Below are positions 49,985 to 60,048 of a DNA stretch of 64,000 nucleotides, piece after piece (the first letter of the stretch is position 1; each line of letters opens with the position of its first letter). Both the position numbers and the translations under genes were made by a program. The notes beneath the pieces are model-generated. The model searched no databases and was not told the origin of the DNA. It saw nothing but the letters and a program-made list of their open reading frames with translations. Source of the stretch: Chloroflexota bacterium. GTDB taxonomy: Bacteria > Chloroflexota > Dehalococcoidia > SHYB01. The stretch lies in contig VGPF01000002.1 in assembly GCA_016875535.1 (NCBI GenBank), positions 73,856 to 137,855 of the forward strand. The letters run 5' to 3'.

Positions 49985-50776
49985 CTATTTCAGTTTCTTC
50001 AGCACATCCGTGTAGCGCTTCACACAAGCCTTATCGCCTTTGCCCATCATCGTCTCAGGGCGGTATTGGATATGCATCGGCAGCCCGTGGTTCACGCCCT
50101 GAAAGAGCGAGGTTCTCGCCCCGCACATCATCTGGCACACCACTTCCTTGTGTACCTGTTCCCGGGGCGCTCGCGCAACATACGGGCAGTGCCAGTTGGT
50201 CACCTTCACCTGGTGCGGGCTGACCTCCACGGTGGACTGGATGTCCATGGCGCGAAAGCTCACGTTCATCATATCCGCCAGCTCGGTGAGGCTCTTCAAT
50301 TCGCCGCCGCGGGCGCTCATCATCTCCCACATCCACCGCCTGCCCGATTCGCTCAGCCCCTTCGCCACGATCAGCTCCGCGTCATGGGCCGGCATCGTTG
50401 TTTTCAGGTCGCGGTAATAGCCTAGGGTCAGATTGCCCACGAATTGGAGCGTATGGTTCCACTTCACTTCAGACGGCACCGGCATGCGAACCATCATCCC
50501 TCGCGCAAGCCTCTTAAAGGGGCGCATGGCGAGATTGAAGACAGGCGTTAGGAGAAGCACAAGCCGCGCAACGAGGAGCAAGAGCCAGACACCGACCTTC
50601 CGTAGCCCCATGATCGGAAGCAACAGAATGGTGAGGAGGACTTTGCCGGGATGGCTCTTGGCGTCCTCCACAGCGCTCTCCTCCACCGCTTCCGGAGTCT
50701 GGAAGATCGGGGGCGGCAGGTGCTGCGGTCGTGCTCCCGCCGGTCGCTCACGCAGTTTGGTCGCTGATGTGCTCAT
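49985..50776 (-). CDS. Membrane-anchored protein with a V4R/ATC-hydrolase-like Cys-rich C-terminal domain
   Basis: Hydrophobic segment near N-terminus; HCPY...VCQMMC...MMGKGDKAC. Confidence 0.6.
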   Translation of the reverse strand: MSTSATKLRERPAGARPQHLPPPIFQTPEAVEESAVEDAKSHPGKVLLTILLLPIMGLRKVGVWLLLLVARLVLLLTPVFNLAMRPFKRLARGMMVRMPVPSEVKWNHTLQFVGNLTLGYYRDLKTTMPAHDAELIVAKGLSESGRRWMWEMMSARGGELKSLTELADMMNVSFRAMDIQSTVEVSPHQVKVTNWHCPYVARAPREQVHKEVVCQMMCGARTSLFQGVNHGLPMHIQYRPETMMGKGDKACVKRYTDVLKKLK

Positions 50777-50793
50777 GTCATGCCCCTACAGTG

Positions 50794-52101
50794 CTATAGA
50801 CGGATCGCCAGGATCGAAGCGATGAACGCGGCTATTGCGGCAATCACGAAGGCAGGGAAGTAGCCGAAAAATCCGGCTACCTGGCCGCCGACGATCGCTC
50901 CAGCCGCCAGCGCCATAAAGCTGAATGCAGTGAAATGCCCGGAGGCCGTGCCTTTTTGACCTGCCGGTGCGAGGTAGACCAGGCGGTTGCCTCCGGACGT
51001 CGCCGTTGCCGCCCACGTCAACCCGGAAAAGGCCATCAGGCCGATCACCGCTAGGTGGGCCGGAGTGCCGGTCAGCACAAGCCCCACGAGCCCGATGCAC
51101 AGGAACGCGGCGCTGCGCCCCAGGCTTCCCAGGGCGTGAAGGCGCGCCGGCATCATCTTGCCCATGTTGTGCGCCACATGAGGCATCGCAAGCCCCGCCG
51201 CCAGGTTGAAGACCGTGGAGCCGATGACAACCTTGTACACCTCTGCATCAAGCTCCTGCATCATGTAGGCGGGATAGATGCCGCCCATAATGCCGATGCC
51301 GAAAAAGAGAACCATCGTTGTAAGAAAGAGATTCTTCAGGCCATCGCTATACGCTGTCTTGTGTTTCCAGGTGATCGGGCCGCTCTTCGCCATCGAGGCG
51401 GGCTTCGCGAGGGCCGCAGACCGTGGTGGCGCCGTCTCTTGACCTCCGGAAGCCCCGTGCTTCTGATGGTCCGCGGGGCGCAGCCACAGCAATGCAAAGG
51501 CGATGGCGATGCAGCACATGATCGCGCCGAGTACGAAAAGGATGCGGATGCTGTTCGCCTCGCCGATCATCCTCCCTCCCACAAAGAGCCAGAGCACGCA
51601 CAGGCCGAAGGCCGTGGCGGTGCCGAGGGAGTTCATGGCGCTCAATCGCGCCTGCTGGGTCGCCCACTCGGACCGCCGGAAAAGACGGGTTAAGACGATA
51701 GGCACTACAGGCCCAGCGGAAACAAAGACGATTCCCCACCCGATACACAGGACAACCAACACCATGGGATTGTTTGTGATGGCAAAAGCAATCATCAGGG
51801 TCGCGGCTGCGGCAAAGACCATAGTCAGATACTTCCGCGGCGATTGCACCCGATCAACGACCTTACCCACCCCGAACGGCGCGATGGCTGAAAGCATATC
51901 TCCAAGGGCCTCAATCAACGCAACCACCCCGACCCCCGCTCCCAGTGCGGAAGCAAAAACAAGAAGGAGAGAATCGGCGGTGTTGGTGGCCATCGAGTAG
52001 AAGTTAAAGGCGAAGGGCCACCGCTTCAGCCTGCTGGCCTGGATGTGCTCAGCGGCTGTCCGCAGTTGCAGCGAACTGAAGGTCCGGGACGTTGTGGCCA
52101 T
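50794..52101 (-). CDS. MFS transporter
   Basis: About 12 hydrophobic segments in 6+6 layout, GKVVDR motif A variant, central loop; AGGGGAG RBS. Confidence 0.85.
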   Translation of the reverse strand: MATTSRTFSSLQLRTAAEHIQASRLKRWPFAFNFYSMATNTADSLLLVFASALGAGVGVVALIEALGDMLSAIAPFGVGKVVDRVQSPRKYLTMVFAAAATLMIAFAITNNPMVLVVLCIGWGIVFVSAGPVVPIVLTRLFRRSEWATQQARLSAMNSLGTATAFGLCVLWLFVGGRMIGEANSIRILFVLGAIMCCIAIAFALLWLRPADHQKHGASGGQETAPPRSAALAKPASMAKSGPITWKHKTAYSDGLKNLFLTTMVLFFGIGIMGGIYPAYMMQELDAEVYKVVIGSTVFNLAAGLAMPHVAHNMGKMMPARLHALGSLGRSAAFLCIGLVGLVLTGTPAHLAVIGLMAFSGLTWAATATSGGNRLVYLAPAGQKGTASGHFTAFSFMALAAGAIVGGQVAGFFGYFPAFVIAAIAAFIASILAIRL

Positions 52102-52226
52102 GACATCTCCCCTGGTGAGCAGGGAACAAGCTAGTTTTGAACCAGTTCAATACCAAGTCTATCATTAGGCCGCCCCAGGGTCAATCTTCAGAGCCCGCAC
52201 CCGGTGCTATTATGGTGCCTCAGCCC

Positions 52227-52766
52227 ATGATTACCGTCGGCATCCTTACCATCAGTGACGCCGCGTCCCGAGGTCAGCGTGTGGATACCAGCGGCGAAAA
52301 TATCGCCAAGCTCGTATCCAGGCTGGATGCCGCCGTCAAGGCACGCAAAGTCATCCCGGATGAGGCTGCCCAGATCGCCGAGACATTCAGGACTTGGGCG
52401 GACGTTGAACACCTCGACCTCATCCTTTCGACAGGCGGCACCGGTCTTGCCCCTCGAGATGTCACGCCCGAAGCCACCCGCCAAGTGATAGATCGCGAGG
52501 TGCCGGGACTCGCCGAATGGATGCGCGCCGAGAGCGCCAAGCGCAACATTCATGCCGTCCTCAGCCGGGGAGTGGTTGGAGTGCGGGGCCAGACGCTTAT
52601 CGTGAATCTTCCAGGCAGCCCCAAAGGCGTCAGCGAGATGCTGGAACTGATCATGCCCGTCTTACCCCATGCCATCCAAATCATGAAGGGCGTTCAGGAC
52701 GACCACACTCCTCCCAAGGCTGACTCGCACAAGCACCACGACCACAGAGAGCACCACCACGACTAG
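52227..52766 (+). CDS. mog: Molybdopterin adenylyltransferase (MogA/MoaB)
   Basis: ILTISD, D.SG, TGGTGLAPRDVTPEAT, NLPGSP; His-rich tail. Confidence 0.93.
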   Translation: MITVGILTISDAASRGQRVDTSGENIAKLVSRLDAAVKARKVIPDEAAQIAETFRTWADVEHLDLILSTGGTGLAPRDVTPEATRQVIDREVPGLAEWMRAESAKRNIHAVLSRGVVGVRGQTLIVNLPGSPKGVSEMLELIMPVLPHAIQIMKGVQDDHTPPKADSHKHHDHREHHHD

Positions 52767-52772
52767 GCCCGC

Positions 52773-53519
52773 ATGAAGATTTCAGTTCTTACGCTCTTCC
52801 CCGGCATGTTCACGGGGCCGCTTACCGAAAGCATCCTTAAGCGGGCAGTGGAATCCGGCATCGTCACGATCGCCCTCAGCAACATCCGAGACTTCACCCA
52901 CGATAAGCACAACGTAGTGGACGACACCCCGTACGGCGGCGGACCCGGGATGCTCATGAAGCCCGCCCCGCTTGCAGAGGCCATAGAAGTCGCCAATCGT
53001 ACCGCAAAGGATAAAGCGCGGGTGATTCACCTCTCTCCCCAGGGCCGGGTGCTCACGCAGGGCCTGGTAAAGGAACTCGCGAGAGAAAAACATCTCATCC
53101 TGGTCTGCGGCCACTATGAGGGGGTAGATGAGCGGGCCGCCGCAACACTCTTTGATGATGAGGTGAGTATCGGCGACTACGTTCTCACCGGCGGGGAGCC
53201 TGCCGCCTGGGTGCTCATAGATGCCGTGGTCCGCCTCCTGCCGGGCGCGTTGGGCGACCCCGGCTCGCCCGCACACGATACCTTCTCCGACGGCCTCATC
53301 CAGTACCCACAGTACACACGCCCGCCGAACTTCAACGGCATGCCCGTGCCTGATGTTCTCCTCAGTGGCGACCACCGGGCCATCGCTAAATGGCGCAGGA
53401 GGCAGTCTATCCTGCGAACACTGACCCGTCGTCCTGACCTACTGGAAGGGGCGGGCATCTCCCCGGAAGAAGTGGCCGATGCCCTCCGTTGGGCCTCTGA
53501 ACAGAAGAGTGACACCTAA
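52773..53519 (+). CDS. trmD: tRNA (guanine37-N1)-methyltransferase
   Basis: VDDTPYGGGPGM, CGHYEG.DER, SIGDYVLTGGE, YTRP. Confidence 0.99.
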   Translation: MKISVLTLFPGMFTGPLTESILKRAVESGIVTIALSNIRDFTHDKHNVVDDTPYGGGPGMLMKPAPLAEAIEVANRTAKDKARVIHLSPQGRVLTQGLVKELAREKHLILVCGHYEGVDERAAATLFDDEVSIGDYVLTGGEPAAWVLIDAVVRLLPGALGDPGSPAHDTFSDGLIQYPQYTRPPNFNGMPVPDVLLSGDHRAIAKWRRRQSILRTLTRRPDLLEGAGISPEEVADALRWASEQKSDT

Positions 53520-53603
53520 GGCTGTCCCGCAGCCTAGAGGTGTGGTATCCTATCCGAGTGCCCGCCTCTTGGCGGACGTTATTTTTCCTGAAGGCAAACT
53601 GCT

Positions 53604-54017
53604 ATGGACGCACGCAAACTTTTCGAGATTAAGGCAACCATCAAGGTCCCGGACCTGAAGCCTGGAGACACGGTCAACGTCAAGTCCCAGGTCAAGGAAG
53701 GCGATAGGACACGCTCCCAATCCTTCCAGGGCGTTGTCGTCCGGGAAGGCGGCTCCGGCCCCTCCAGGTCTTTCACCGTCCGCCGCATCGCCCACGGTGT
53801 CGGCGTCGAGCGCACCTACCTGGTGCACTCGCCGCTCCTTGAGTCCGTGGAACTCTTGCGCAAAGGCTCCGTCCGCCGGGCAAAGCTTGGCTACCTGCGC
53901 GGCCTCTCCGCCCGCGATGCCCGCATCAAGGAAAAGGGCAGGCTCGCTGCTGAAGAGGCGGCCGAAGCTGCGCCTGCCGCAGAAAAGCCAGTCGCTCCGG
54001 CCGAAGCCAAGAGCTAA
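53604..54017 (+). CDS. rplS: 50S ribosomal protein L19
   Basis: PGDTV.V, FTVRRI..GVGVER, GSVRRAKL.YLR. Confidence 0.98.
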   Translation: MDARKLFEIKATIKVPDLKPGDTVNVKSQVKEGDRTRSQSFQGVVVREGGSGPSRSFTVRRIAHGVGVERTYLVHSPLLESVELLRKGSVRRAKLGYLRGLSARDARIKEKGRLAAEEAAEAAPAAEKPVAPAEAKS

Positions 54018-54058
54018 CCGCTTCCAGACTCCCTTAATCCGCTGCGTAGGAGCGCGTG

Positions 54059-56521
54059 ATGACCTACGCGGAAATCGCCGTTGACGCCCCTGCCGGTCAG
54101 GGTGACACCTTTACTTACAGCGTCCCTGCCGGGCTGCGCCTTCGTCCAGGCCAGCTTGTAGAAGTCCCCTTCGGCCCGCGTCAGGCCCCAGGCTTTGTCT
54201 TCACCCTCTCAAAGACCACGGCGTACCCCGGTGAGCTCCGTCAGGTCACCCGGGTCATTGACGAACGGCCCTGGCTCTCGGATGTCCAGATCGCGCTCGC
54301 CAAATGGGTCTCCACCTACTATCGCTCGCCCGCCTATGCCGCCGCCGCCCTCGTCGTCCCGCCCGACCTTCGCCAGCGTGTGACCACTATCTATAGCCCG
54401 GTGCCCCAGCCCACATTAGAACAGGTCCGCGGCATCAAAGAGCCGGCGGCAAAGCTCCTTGGACACCTCGCCTCCTCCGGTCCATCAGCCCAGGGGGCTC
54501 TGGAGAAGCGCTTCGGCAAACGGCTTGCCGCTTCGGCCCTCCGCATCCTTGTCTCTCGCAATCTCGTCCAGCGCTCATGGCTCTTCGCCAAGCCCAAGGT
54601 GGGGCCGAAACTTGCCCCGGTCGTCTTCCTTGCCGTCTCCCTGCCAAAGGCTCTCGCCGAAGTATCGCGCCTCGAATCCACCGGCAAGCCCGCCGAAGCA
54701 AAGCAGGCGCTGCTCCTTCTTGATATCGCCCTTTCCGGCGAAGAAGGAGCCTTCGAATCTAGCCTCCGCCGGAGCCATACGGCCGTCACAACAACCCTTG
54801 CCTCCCTTGAAAGGCGCGGCCTGGTCCAACGCTCCCGCACGCGCGTCATGCGCGACCCGCTGGCAAACATCAGCCCTGCAAAGAGTGCGCCCCTTACATT
54901 GACGGCTGAACAGCAAGCCGCGTGGAACGCCGTAGAAGCTGCGATCGCCGCCAAGCCGTCCGCGCGAAAACCCCTGCTCCTCTTCGGCGTTACAGGCAGC
55001 GGCAAGACCGAGCTCTACATACGCGCCCTTGAGCGCGTCGTCCGGCAAGGCAAGCGCGGCATCGTGCTTGTCCCGGAGATCGCGCTGACGCCGCAGATCG
55101 TGGAGCGCTTTGCAGAGCGTTTCCTTGGGCGGGTCGCCGTCCTCCACAGCGGCCTCACGCCAGGTGAGCGCTTCGATGAGTGGTGGCGCATCCATGAGGG
55201 CGAAGCGAGCGTCGTCATCGGCTCGCGCAGCGCCATCTTCGCCCCACAGCCCGATCTCGGACTTATCGTCCTGGATGAAGAGCACGAATGGACCTACAAG
55301 CAGGAAGAGAACCAGCCCCTCTATCACGCGCGCGACGTGGCCTTGAAGCTCGCCGAACTGACCGGCGCCACCGTCATCCTTGGAAGCGCCACACCTTCGC
55401 TGGAGAGCTACCACTGCGCCCTCACCGGCCGGTATCAGCTCCTAGAGCTGAAGGAGCGCATCGGCGCCTCGCTTGAGACCGGGAAATCAGGCGCCCTTGC
55501 CCAGGTCAGCATCGTGGATATGCGGGAAGAGCTGAAAGGCGGCAACTCCAGCATCTTCAGCAACGCCCTCCGCTCCGAGATGCACCGCGCCCTTGCCGCT
55601 GGCGAGCAAGTGATCCTCTTCCTCAACCGCCGAGGCGCGGCGACCTTCGTCCAGTGCCGCGATTGCGGCTACGTCGCCAGGTGCCGCCGCTGCGATTCGC
55701 CCCTCACCTACCACAGCGATGCCGCCGACCTGGAGTGCCATCGCTGCGGCTATCATGTGCGCGCCCCAAGCCTCTGCCCCGAATGCGGCGGCAGGCGCAT
55801 CCGCTACATGGGCCTCGGCACCCAGCGGCTGGAGGAAGAGACGGCTCAGGCATTCCCTGCGGCGCGCCTCCTGCGGTGGGATCGCGATGTGACGCAGGCG
55901 CGCGGCTCCCATGAGGCCATCGTCCGCCGCTTCATCGCCCACCAGGCGGATGTGCTCATCGGCACGCAGATGCTCGCCAAAGGCCTGCACATCCCCAGCG
56001 TCACTCTCGTCGGTGTCGTCAATGCCGATATCGGTCTCCACTCGCCGGATTTTCGCGCCGCCGAGCGCGTCTTCCAAGTCCTCACCCAGGTGGCTGGGCG
56101 TTCCGGACGCGGCGAGCGTCCGGGCCGGGTCATCTTCCAGACCTATTCCCCGGACAACTATGCCATCCTGGCCGCCGCGACCCAGGACTACCCCGCCTTC
56201 TTTGCAGATGAGGTGCGGCGTCGCATGGAGCTTGGCCTCCCGTTGCTTACGCGCATCGCCCGCCTCCTCTTCCAGCACACGAACCGGCAAGCCGCCCAAG
56301 AAGAGGCTGAAAAGACGGCCAACCACCTTTCCGTCACTGCAGATACGCTTGGTCTTCCTGGAACAAAAGTGATTGGGCCTGCCCCTGCGCCCTACGAACG
56401 CCTGCGGGGACGCTATCGCTGGCAGGTGCTGGTCCAAGGCCTTGACCCCAACGCCCTGCTCGATGCCGTCAAGCTCTCCAAAGAATGGCTGGTGGACATA
56501 GACCCGCAGCATATGATGTAG
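54059..56521 (+). CDS. priA: Primosomal protein N'
   Basis: GVTGSGKTE, LVPEIALTPQ, DEEHE, four CxxC pairs, GTQMLAKG, QVAGRSGR. Confidence 0.98.
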   Translation: MTYAEIAVDAPAGQGDTFTYSVPAGLRLRPGQLVEVPFGPRQAPGFVFTLSKTTAYPGELRQVTRVIDERPWLSDVQIALAKWVSTYYRSPAYAAAALVVPPDLRQRVTTIYSPVPQPTLEQVRGIKEPAAKLLGHLASSGPSAQGALEKRFGKRLAASALRILVSRNLVQRSWLFAKPKVGPKLAPVVFLAVSLPKALAEVSRLESTGKPAEAKQALLLLDIALSGEEGAFESSLRRSHTAVTTTLASLERRGLVQRSRTRVMRDPLANISPAKSAPLTLTAEQQAAWNAVEAAIAAKPSARKPLLLFGVTGSGKTELYIRALERVVRQGKRGIVLVPEIALTPQIVERFAERFLGRVAVLHSGLTPGERFDEWWRIHEGEASVVIGSRSAIFAPQPDLGLIVLDEEHEWTYKQEENQPLYHARDVALKLAELTGATVILGSATPSLESYHCALTGRYQLLELKERIGASLETGKSGALAQVSIVDMREELKGGNSSIFSNALRSEMHRALAAGEQVILFLNRRGAATFVQCRDCGYVARCRRCDSPLTYHSDAADLECHRCGYHVRAPSLCPECGGRRIRYMGLGTQRLEEETAQAFPAARLLRWDRDVTQARGSHEAIVRRFIAHQADVLIGTQMLAKGLHIPSVTLVGVVNADIGLHSPDFRAAERVFQVLTQVAGRSGRGERPGRVIFQTYSPDNYAILAAATQDYPAFFADEVRRRMELGLPLLTRIARLLFQHTNRQAAQEEAEKTANHLSVTADTLGLPGTKVIGPAPAPYERLRGRYRWQVLVQGLDPNALLDAVKLSKEWLVDIDPQHMM

Positions 56522-56615
56522 CGAACCCATAAGCCCTCCTTTGCGAAGGGGAAATGCCTCCCCTATAATCAGGTTGAACGTAGCGTCCGTCACGCGTCCC
56601 TTGAAAGGTATCCAA

Positions 56616-57131
56616 GTGGCCGTCCATCCAGTCCGCCAAGCGCCGGACCCGGTGCTGAGCACAAAGACAAAGCGCGTCACAAAGATCGACGCCAAGATCA
56701 AGCGATTGATCGAGGATCTATTCGATACGATGGTCGCTGAGCATGGTGTCGGTCTTGCCGCGAATCAGATCGGCGTGCCTCTTCGCGTGGCCGTCATCGT
56801 CATCCCTGCCGCGGAGGATGCGCCGGAGGAGCGCTACGTCCTTATCAACCCGGAGTTCGTGAAAAAGGGCGGTCAACGAACGATCAGCGAGGGCTGCCTA
56901 AGCGTCGCAGGCTACCGGGGAACGATCACCCGCTCCGAATGGGTCAAGGTCAAAGCGCTGAATGCAGAAGGCAAGGAGTTCCGCCTGAAGGCGGAAGGAC
57001 TTCTTGCCCAGGCCTTGGAGCATGAGATAGACCACTTAGACGGCGTCCTCTATGTGGATCGCCTCCGCGAGCAGGGCGGGCTCGAGACGTTGCAAAAGGT
57101 CGAAGAGACGCCCGAGCCGGTAGAGGCCTAG
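56616..57131 (+). CDS. def: Peptide deformylase
   Basis: GVGLAANQIG, EGCLS, HEIDHLDG; GTG start at 56616. Confidence 0.97.
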   Translation: MAVHPVRQAPDPVLSTKTKRVTKIDAKIKRLIEDLFDTMVAEHGVGLAANQIGVPLRVAVIVIPAAEDAPEERYVLINPEFVKKGGQRTISEGCLSVAGYRGTITRSEWVKVKALNAEGKEFRLKAEGLLAQALEHEIDHLDGVLYVDRLREQGGLETLQKVEETPEPVEA

Positions 57132-57181
57132 GTCCCCCCATCGGCGGTCAAGCCTCAAGTAAGAGACTCGGAGGAATCGCC

Positions 57182-58642
57182 ATCCGCATTCCTGCCGATA
57201 CCGTAGCCCTCCTCACCCATGTTCGCGCTATCCTTGCCGCCCACAACGCGGAAGGCTTTCTCGTCGGCGGCGCCGTCCGCGATCTGGTCATCCCGCGCCC
57301 AACCGCTGATCTTGACGTGGCCGTCTCCGGCAATGCGCGCCATCTGGCAGAGAGCCTCGCAAAAGCCCTCGATGGCCACTTCGTGCCTCTGGATGAAGAG
57401 CGCCACGTCTACCGCATCGTCCTTCCTTCCAATAGCCACTATATTGACCTCAGCGCCCTCCAGGGGAGTCTGACGCAGGACCTCAGGCGGCGCGACTTCA
57501 CCATTAACGCCCTCGCCCTTCCGCTTGAACACGTAGAAGCGCCTGACATCAAAAGGCATGTCGTTGATTTGGCCAACGGATCAGACGACATCACAGCTCG
57601 CCGCATCCGGCTCGTCTCCGATGAGGCGCTCCGCGACGACCCATTACGCCTCCTCCGCGCCGTCCGCCTCGCCACGCAGCTTGGCTTTACGATAGACGGC
57701 TCTACCGAAGCCGCCATCAAACGGGAGGCCCACCGCATCGCCACGGTAGCTCCCGAACGCGCCCGTGATGAGTTCTCCAAAATCGTCGGCTTTCCAGGGG
57801 CGGCCGCACGCCTCCAGCAGTTGGACGATTACCGGCTTCTTACCACCCTGATCCCGGAACTGGAAGAGGCCCGTGGCTGCGGCCAGCCGAAGGAGCACTA
57901 CTGGGACGTTCTCCAGCACTCCATGCAGATCGTCGGTTATGTGGAGCGTGTTGCCCGCCAATCACTCCCGGAGGACTCGCCTATCGGCGATGTTCCGTGG
58001 GACCAAGCGTACATTAACTACTTTGGCGAAAAGATCAGCGGCGGCAGAGACCGGCTCTTCCTGCTCAAGCTTTCCGCCTTACTCCACGATGTCTCAAAGC
58101 CCGCTACCAAAACCGTGGAAGCCGGCGGACGCATCCGCTTTTTTGGCCACCCCAAAATAGGGGCTGATGTCACGAAAAACATTATGGAAAGACTGCGCTA
58201 TAGCAACCGGGAGACGCGCATCGTCGTATCTACAGTATTGGAACACCTTCGCCCCGGCCTTATCACCCGGGAGGCAACGGGCCCCACCAGGCGCGCCGTC
58301 TACAGATTCTTCCGAGATGCCGGAGAGGCCGCTGTAGACACCCTCTTTCTCAGCTATGCCGACTACCTGGCGGCTAGAGGCCCCCTCCTGGACATGAAAG
58401 ACTGGAAGCAGTATTCCAAACGGATTTCTGGTATCCTGGAGGCTTGGCGGCAGGCTTCACCAGAAGTCAGGCCGCCGAAACTTATTGATGGACATGACCT
58501 TATTCGAGAGCTTGGCATGGACCCCGGCCCAAAGGTAGGCACTCTTCTGGAGGCTGTCTACGAAGCCGAGGCGGCGGGCGAAGTGGCAACCCACGCCCAG
58601 GCCATCGCCCTCGCGAAGCGGTTGAAAGACCAAGCCCGATAA
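57182..58642 (+). CDS. Class II tRNA nucleotidyltransferase with HD domain (probably CC-adding); inferred ATC start
   Basis: FLVGGAVRD..DLD lies upstream of the ORF-track start; RRDFTINA, DDPLRLLR, ER, H..HD; GGAGGA 6 nt before ATC. Confidence 0.88.
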   Translation: MRIPADTVALLTHVRAILAAHNAEGFLVGGAVRDLVIPRPTADLDVAVSGNARHLAESLAKALDGHFVPLDEERHVYRIVLPSNSHYIDLSALQGSLTQDLRRRDFTINALALPLEHVEAPDIKRHVVDLANGSDDITARRIRLVSDEALRDDPLRLLRAVRLATQLGFTIDGSTEAAIKREAHRIATVAPERARDEFSKIVGFPGAAARLQQLDDYRLLTTLIPELEEARGCGQPKEHYWDVLQHSMQIVGYVERVARQSLPEDSPIGDVPWDQAYINYFGEKISGGRDRLFLLKLSALLHDVSKPATKTVEAGGRIRFFGHPKIGADVTKNIMERLRYSNRETRIVVSTVLEHLRPGLITREATGPTRRAVYRFFRDAGEAAVDTLFLSYADYLAARGPLLDMKDWKQYSKRISGILEAWRQASPEVRPPKLIDGHDLIRELGMDPGPKVGTLLEAVYEAEAAGEVATHAQAIALAKRLKDQAR

Positions 58643-58670
58643 CGCGAAATACTCTCACAAAGAGGCGAAG

Positions 58671-60035
58671 ATGCCTGTGCGCCTGACCAAGAAAAGACTC
58701 CAGCTCCTCTTCGTTGCCGTCTTGATCGGCCTCTCCCTCACCGTCCTGGTGATGAAGACGATTTCCATCGGTGATTTCGAGCGCGGCTCCAACGACACCC
58801 CTCTGGGTCTGCGGCTCGGCCTCGATCTCCAGGGCGGCACTCACCTCGTCTACCGCGCGCAGACCGGCGGCGTCACCAAAGACCAGATGCGCGGCGTCGC
58901 TGACGCTATCGAGCGGCGGGTCAACGGCTACGGTGTTGCTGAAGCCGTTGTCCAGCTGAAGGGGGCCAATGAAGTTGTCGTCCAGCTTCCCGGCATCAAG
59001 GACATTGACGAAGCGAAGCGACTCATCGGCAGCACGGCCCAGCTCGATTTCCGGCGCTGCGCGGTCCCCAATAGCTCGGCGGCTGCCTGTCCCAACTGGG
59101 TTCCCGCCACCGGCAGAGGGAACGGCGGCATAGAAAAGCACCTCACGGGCAAGTTCATGCGGCCCACCTCCCAGCTAGTGAACGATCCCCAGACAGGCCT
59201 CCCGGAAGTGGCCTTTGAATTCAACAACGAGGGTGCGGGCATCTTCGAACAGATCACCAGCTCCCTCATCGGCCAACCCCTCGGCATCTTCCTGGATAAC
59301 CAGCTCATCTCCGCCCCCACGGTCCAATCAACCATCTCCGATAGAGGCCGCATCACCGGCTTGACCTCTCAGGAAGGCCGCCGCCTCGCCATCCAACTCA
59401 ACGCTGGTTCGCTCCCCGTTGACGTCCGCGTTGTTCGAGAGGAGGCCGTCTCCGCCACCCTCGGGAAAGACTCGCTGGACAAGAGCTACGTCGCGGCCGC
59501 CATCGGCCTCGGGCTCGTTATGCTCTTCATGGTTCTCTACTACCGCCTGCCTGGGCTGGACGCCGCGATCACTATCGGCATCTATACAGTGATCGTCCTT
59601 GCCATCTTCAAGATGCTGAACGTGACCCTTACCCTGCCCGGCATCGCGGGCTTCGTCATCTCCGTCGGTATGGCCGTTGACGCAAACGTCATCATCTACG
59701 AGCGCCTGCGCGAAGAGCTGCGCGGCGGACGCGGCCTCGGCGGCGCCATCGCCACCGGCTTCGACCGCGCCTGGAACGCCATCCGCGATAGCAATATCAC
59801 CACCATCATCACCATGGCCATCCTTTGGTGGTTCGGCGATCGGCTGGGAGAGCCGAAGGTGACCGGCTTTGCCATCACCCTCATCATCTCCCTCCTCGTC
59901 GGCATGTTCTGCGCCCTCTTTATCAGCCGCCTCTTCTTGCGGCTCTTCGTGGGCACCAAGTACGCGGACCGAACGAATCTCTTTGCCCCAGTGAAAACAT
60001 CCGAAACATCCGCCCGCACAGCCTTGGGCGCGTGA
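58671..60035 (+). CDS. secD: Protein translocase subunit SecD
   Basis: LGLDLQGG, RRVNGYGVAE, L.AGSLP, VGMAVDANVIIYER, DSNITT. Confidence 0.97.
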   Translation: MPVRLTKKRLQLLFVAVLIGLSLTVLVMKTISIGDFERGSNDTPLGLRLGLDLQGGTHLVYRAQTGGVTKDQMRGVADAIERRVNGYGVAEAVVQLKGANEVVVQLPGIKDIDEAKRLIGSTAQLDFRRCAVPNSSAAACPNWVPATGRGNGGIEKHLTGKFMRPTSQLVNDPQTGLPEVAFEFNNEGAGIFEQITSSLIGQPLGIFLDNQLISAPTVQSTISDRGRITGLTSQEGRRLAIQLNAGSLPVDVRVVREEAVSATLGKDSLDKSYVAAAIGLGLVMLFMVLYYRLPGLDAAITIGIYTVIVLAIFKMLNVTLTLPGIAGFVISVGMAVDANVIIYERLREELRGGRGLGGAIATGFDRAWNAIRDSNITTIITMAILWWFGDRLGEPKVTGFAITLIISLLVGMFCALFISRLFLRLFVGTKYADRTNLFAPVKTSETSARTALGA

Positions 60036-60048
60036 AGCAGGAGCCGCC

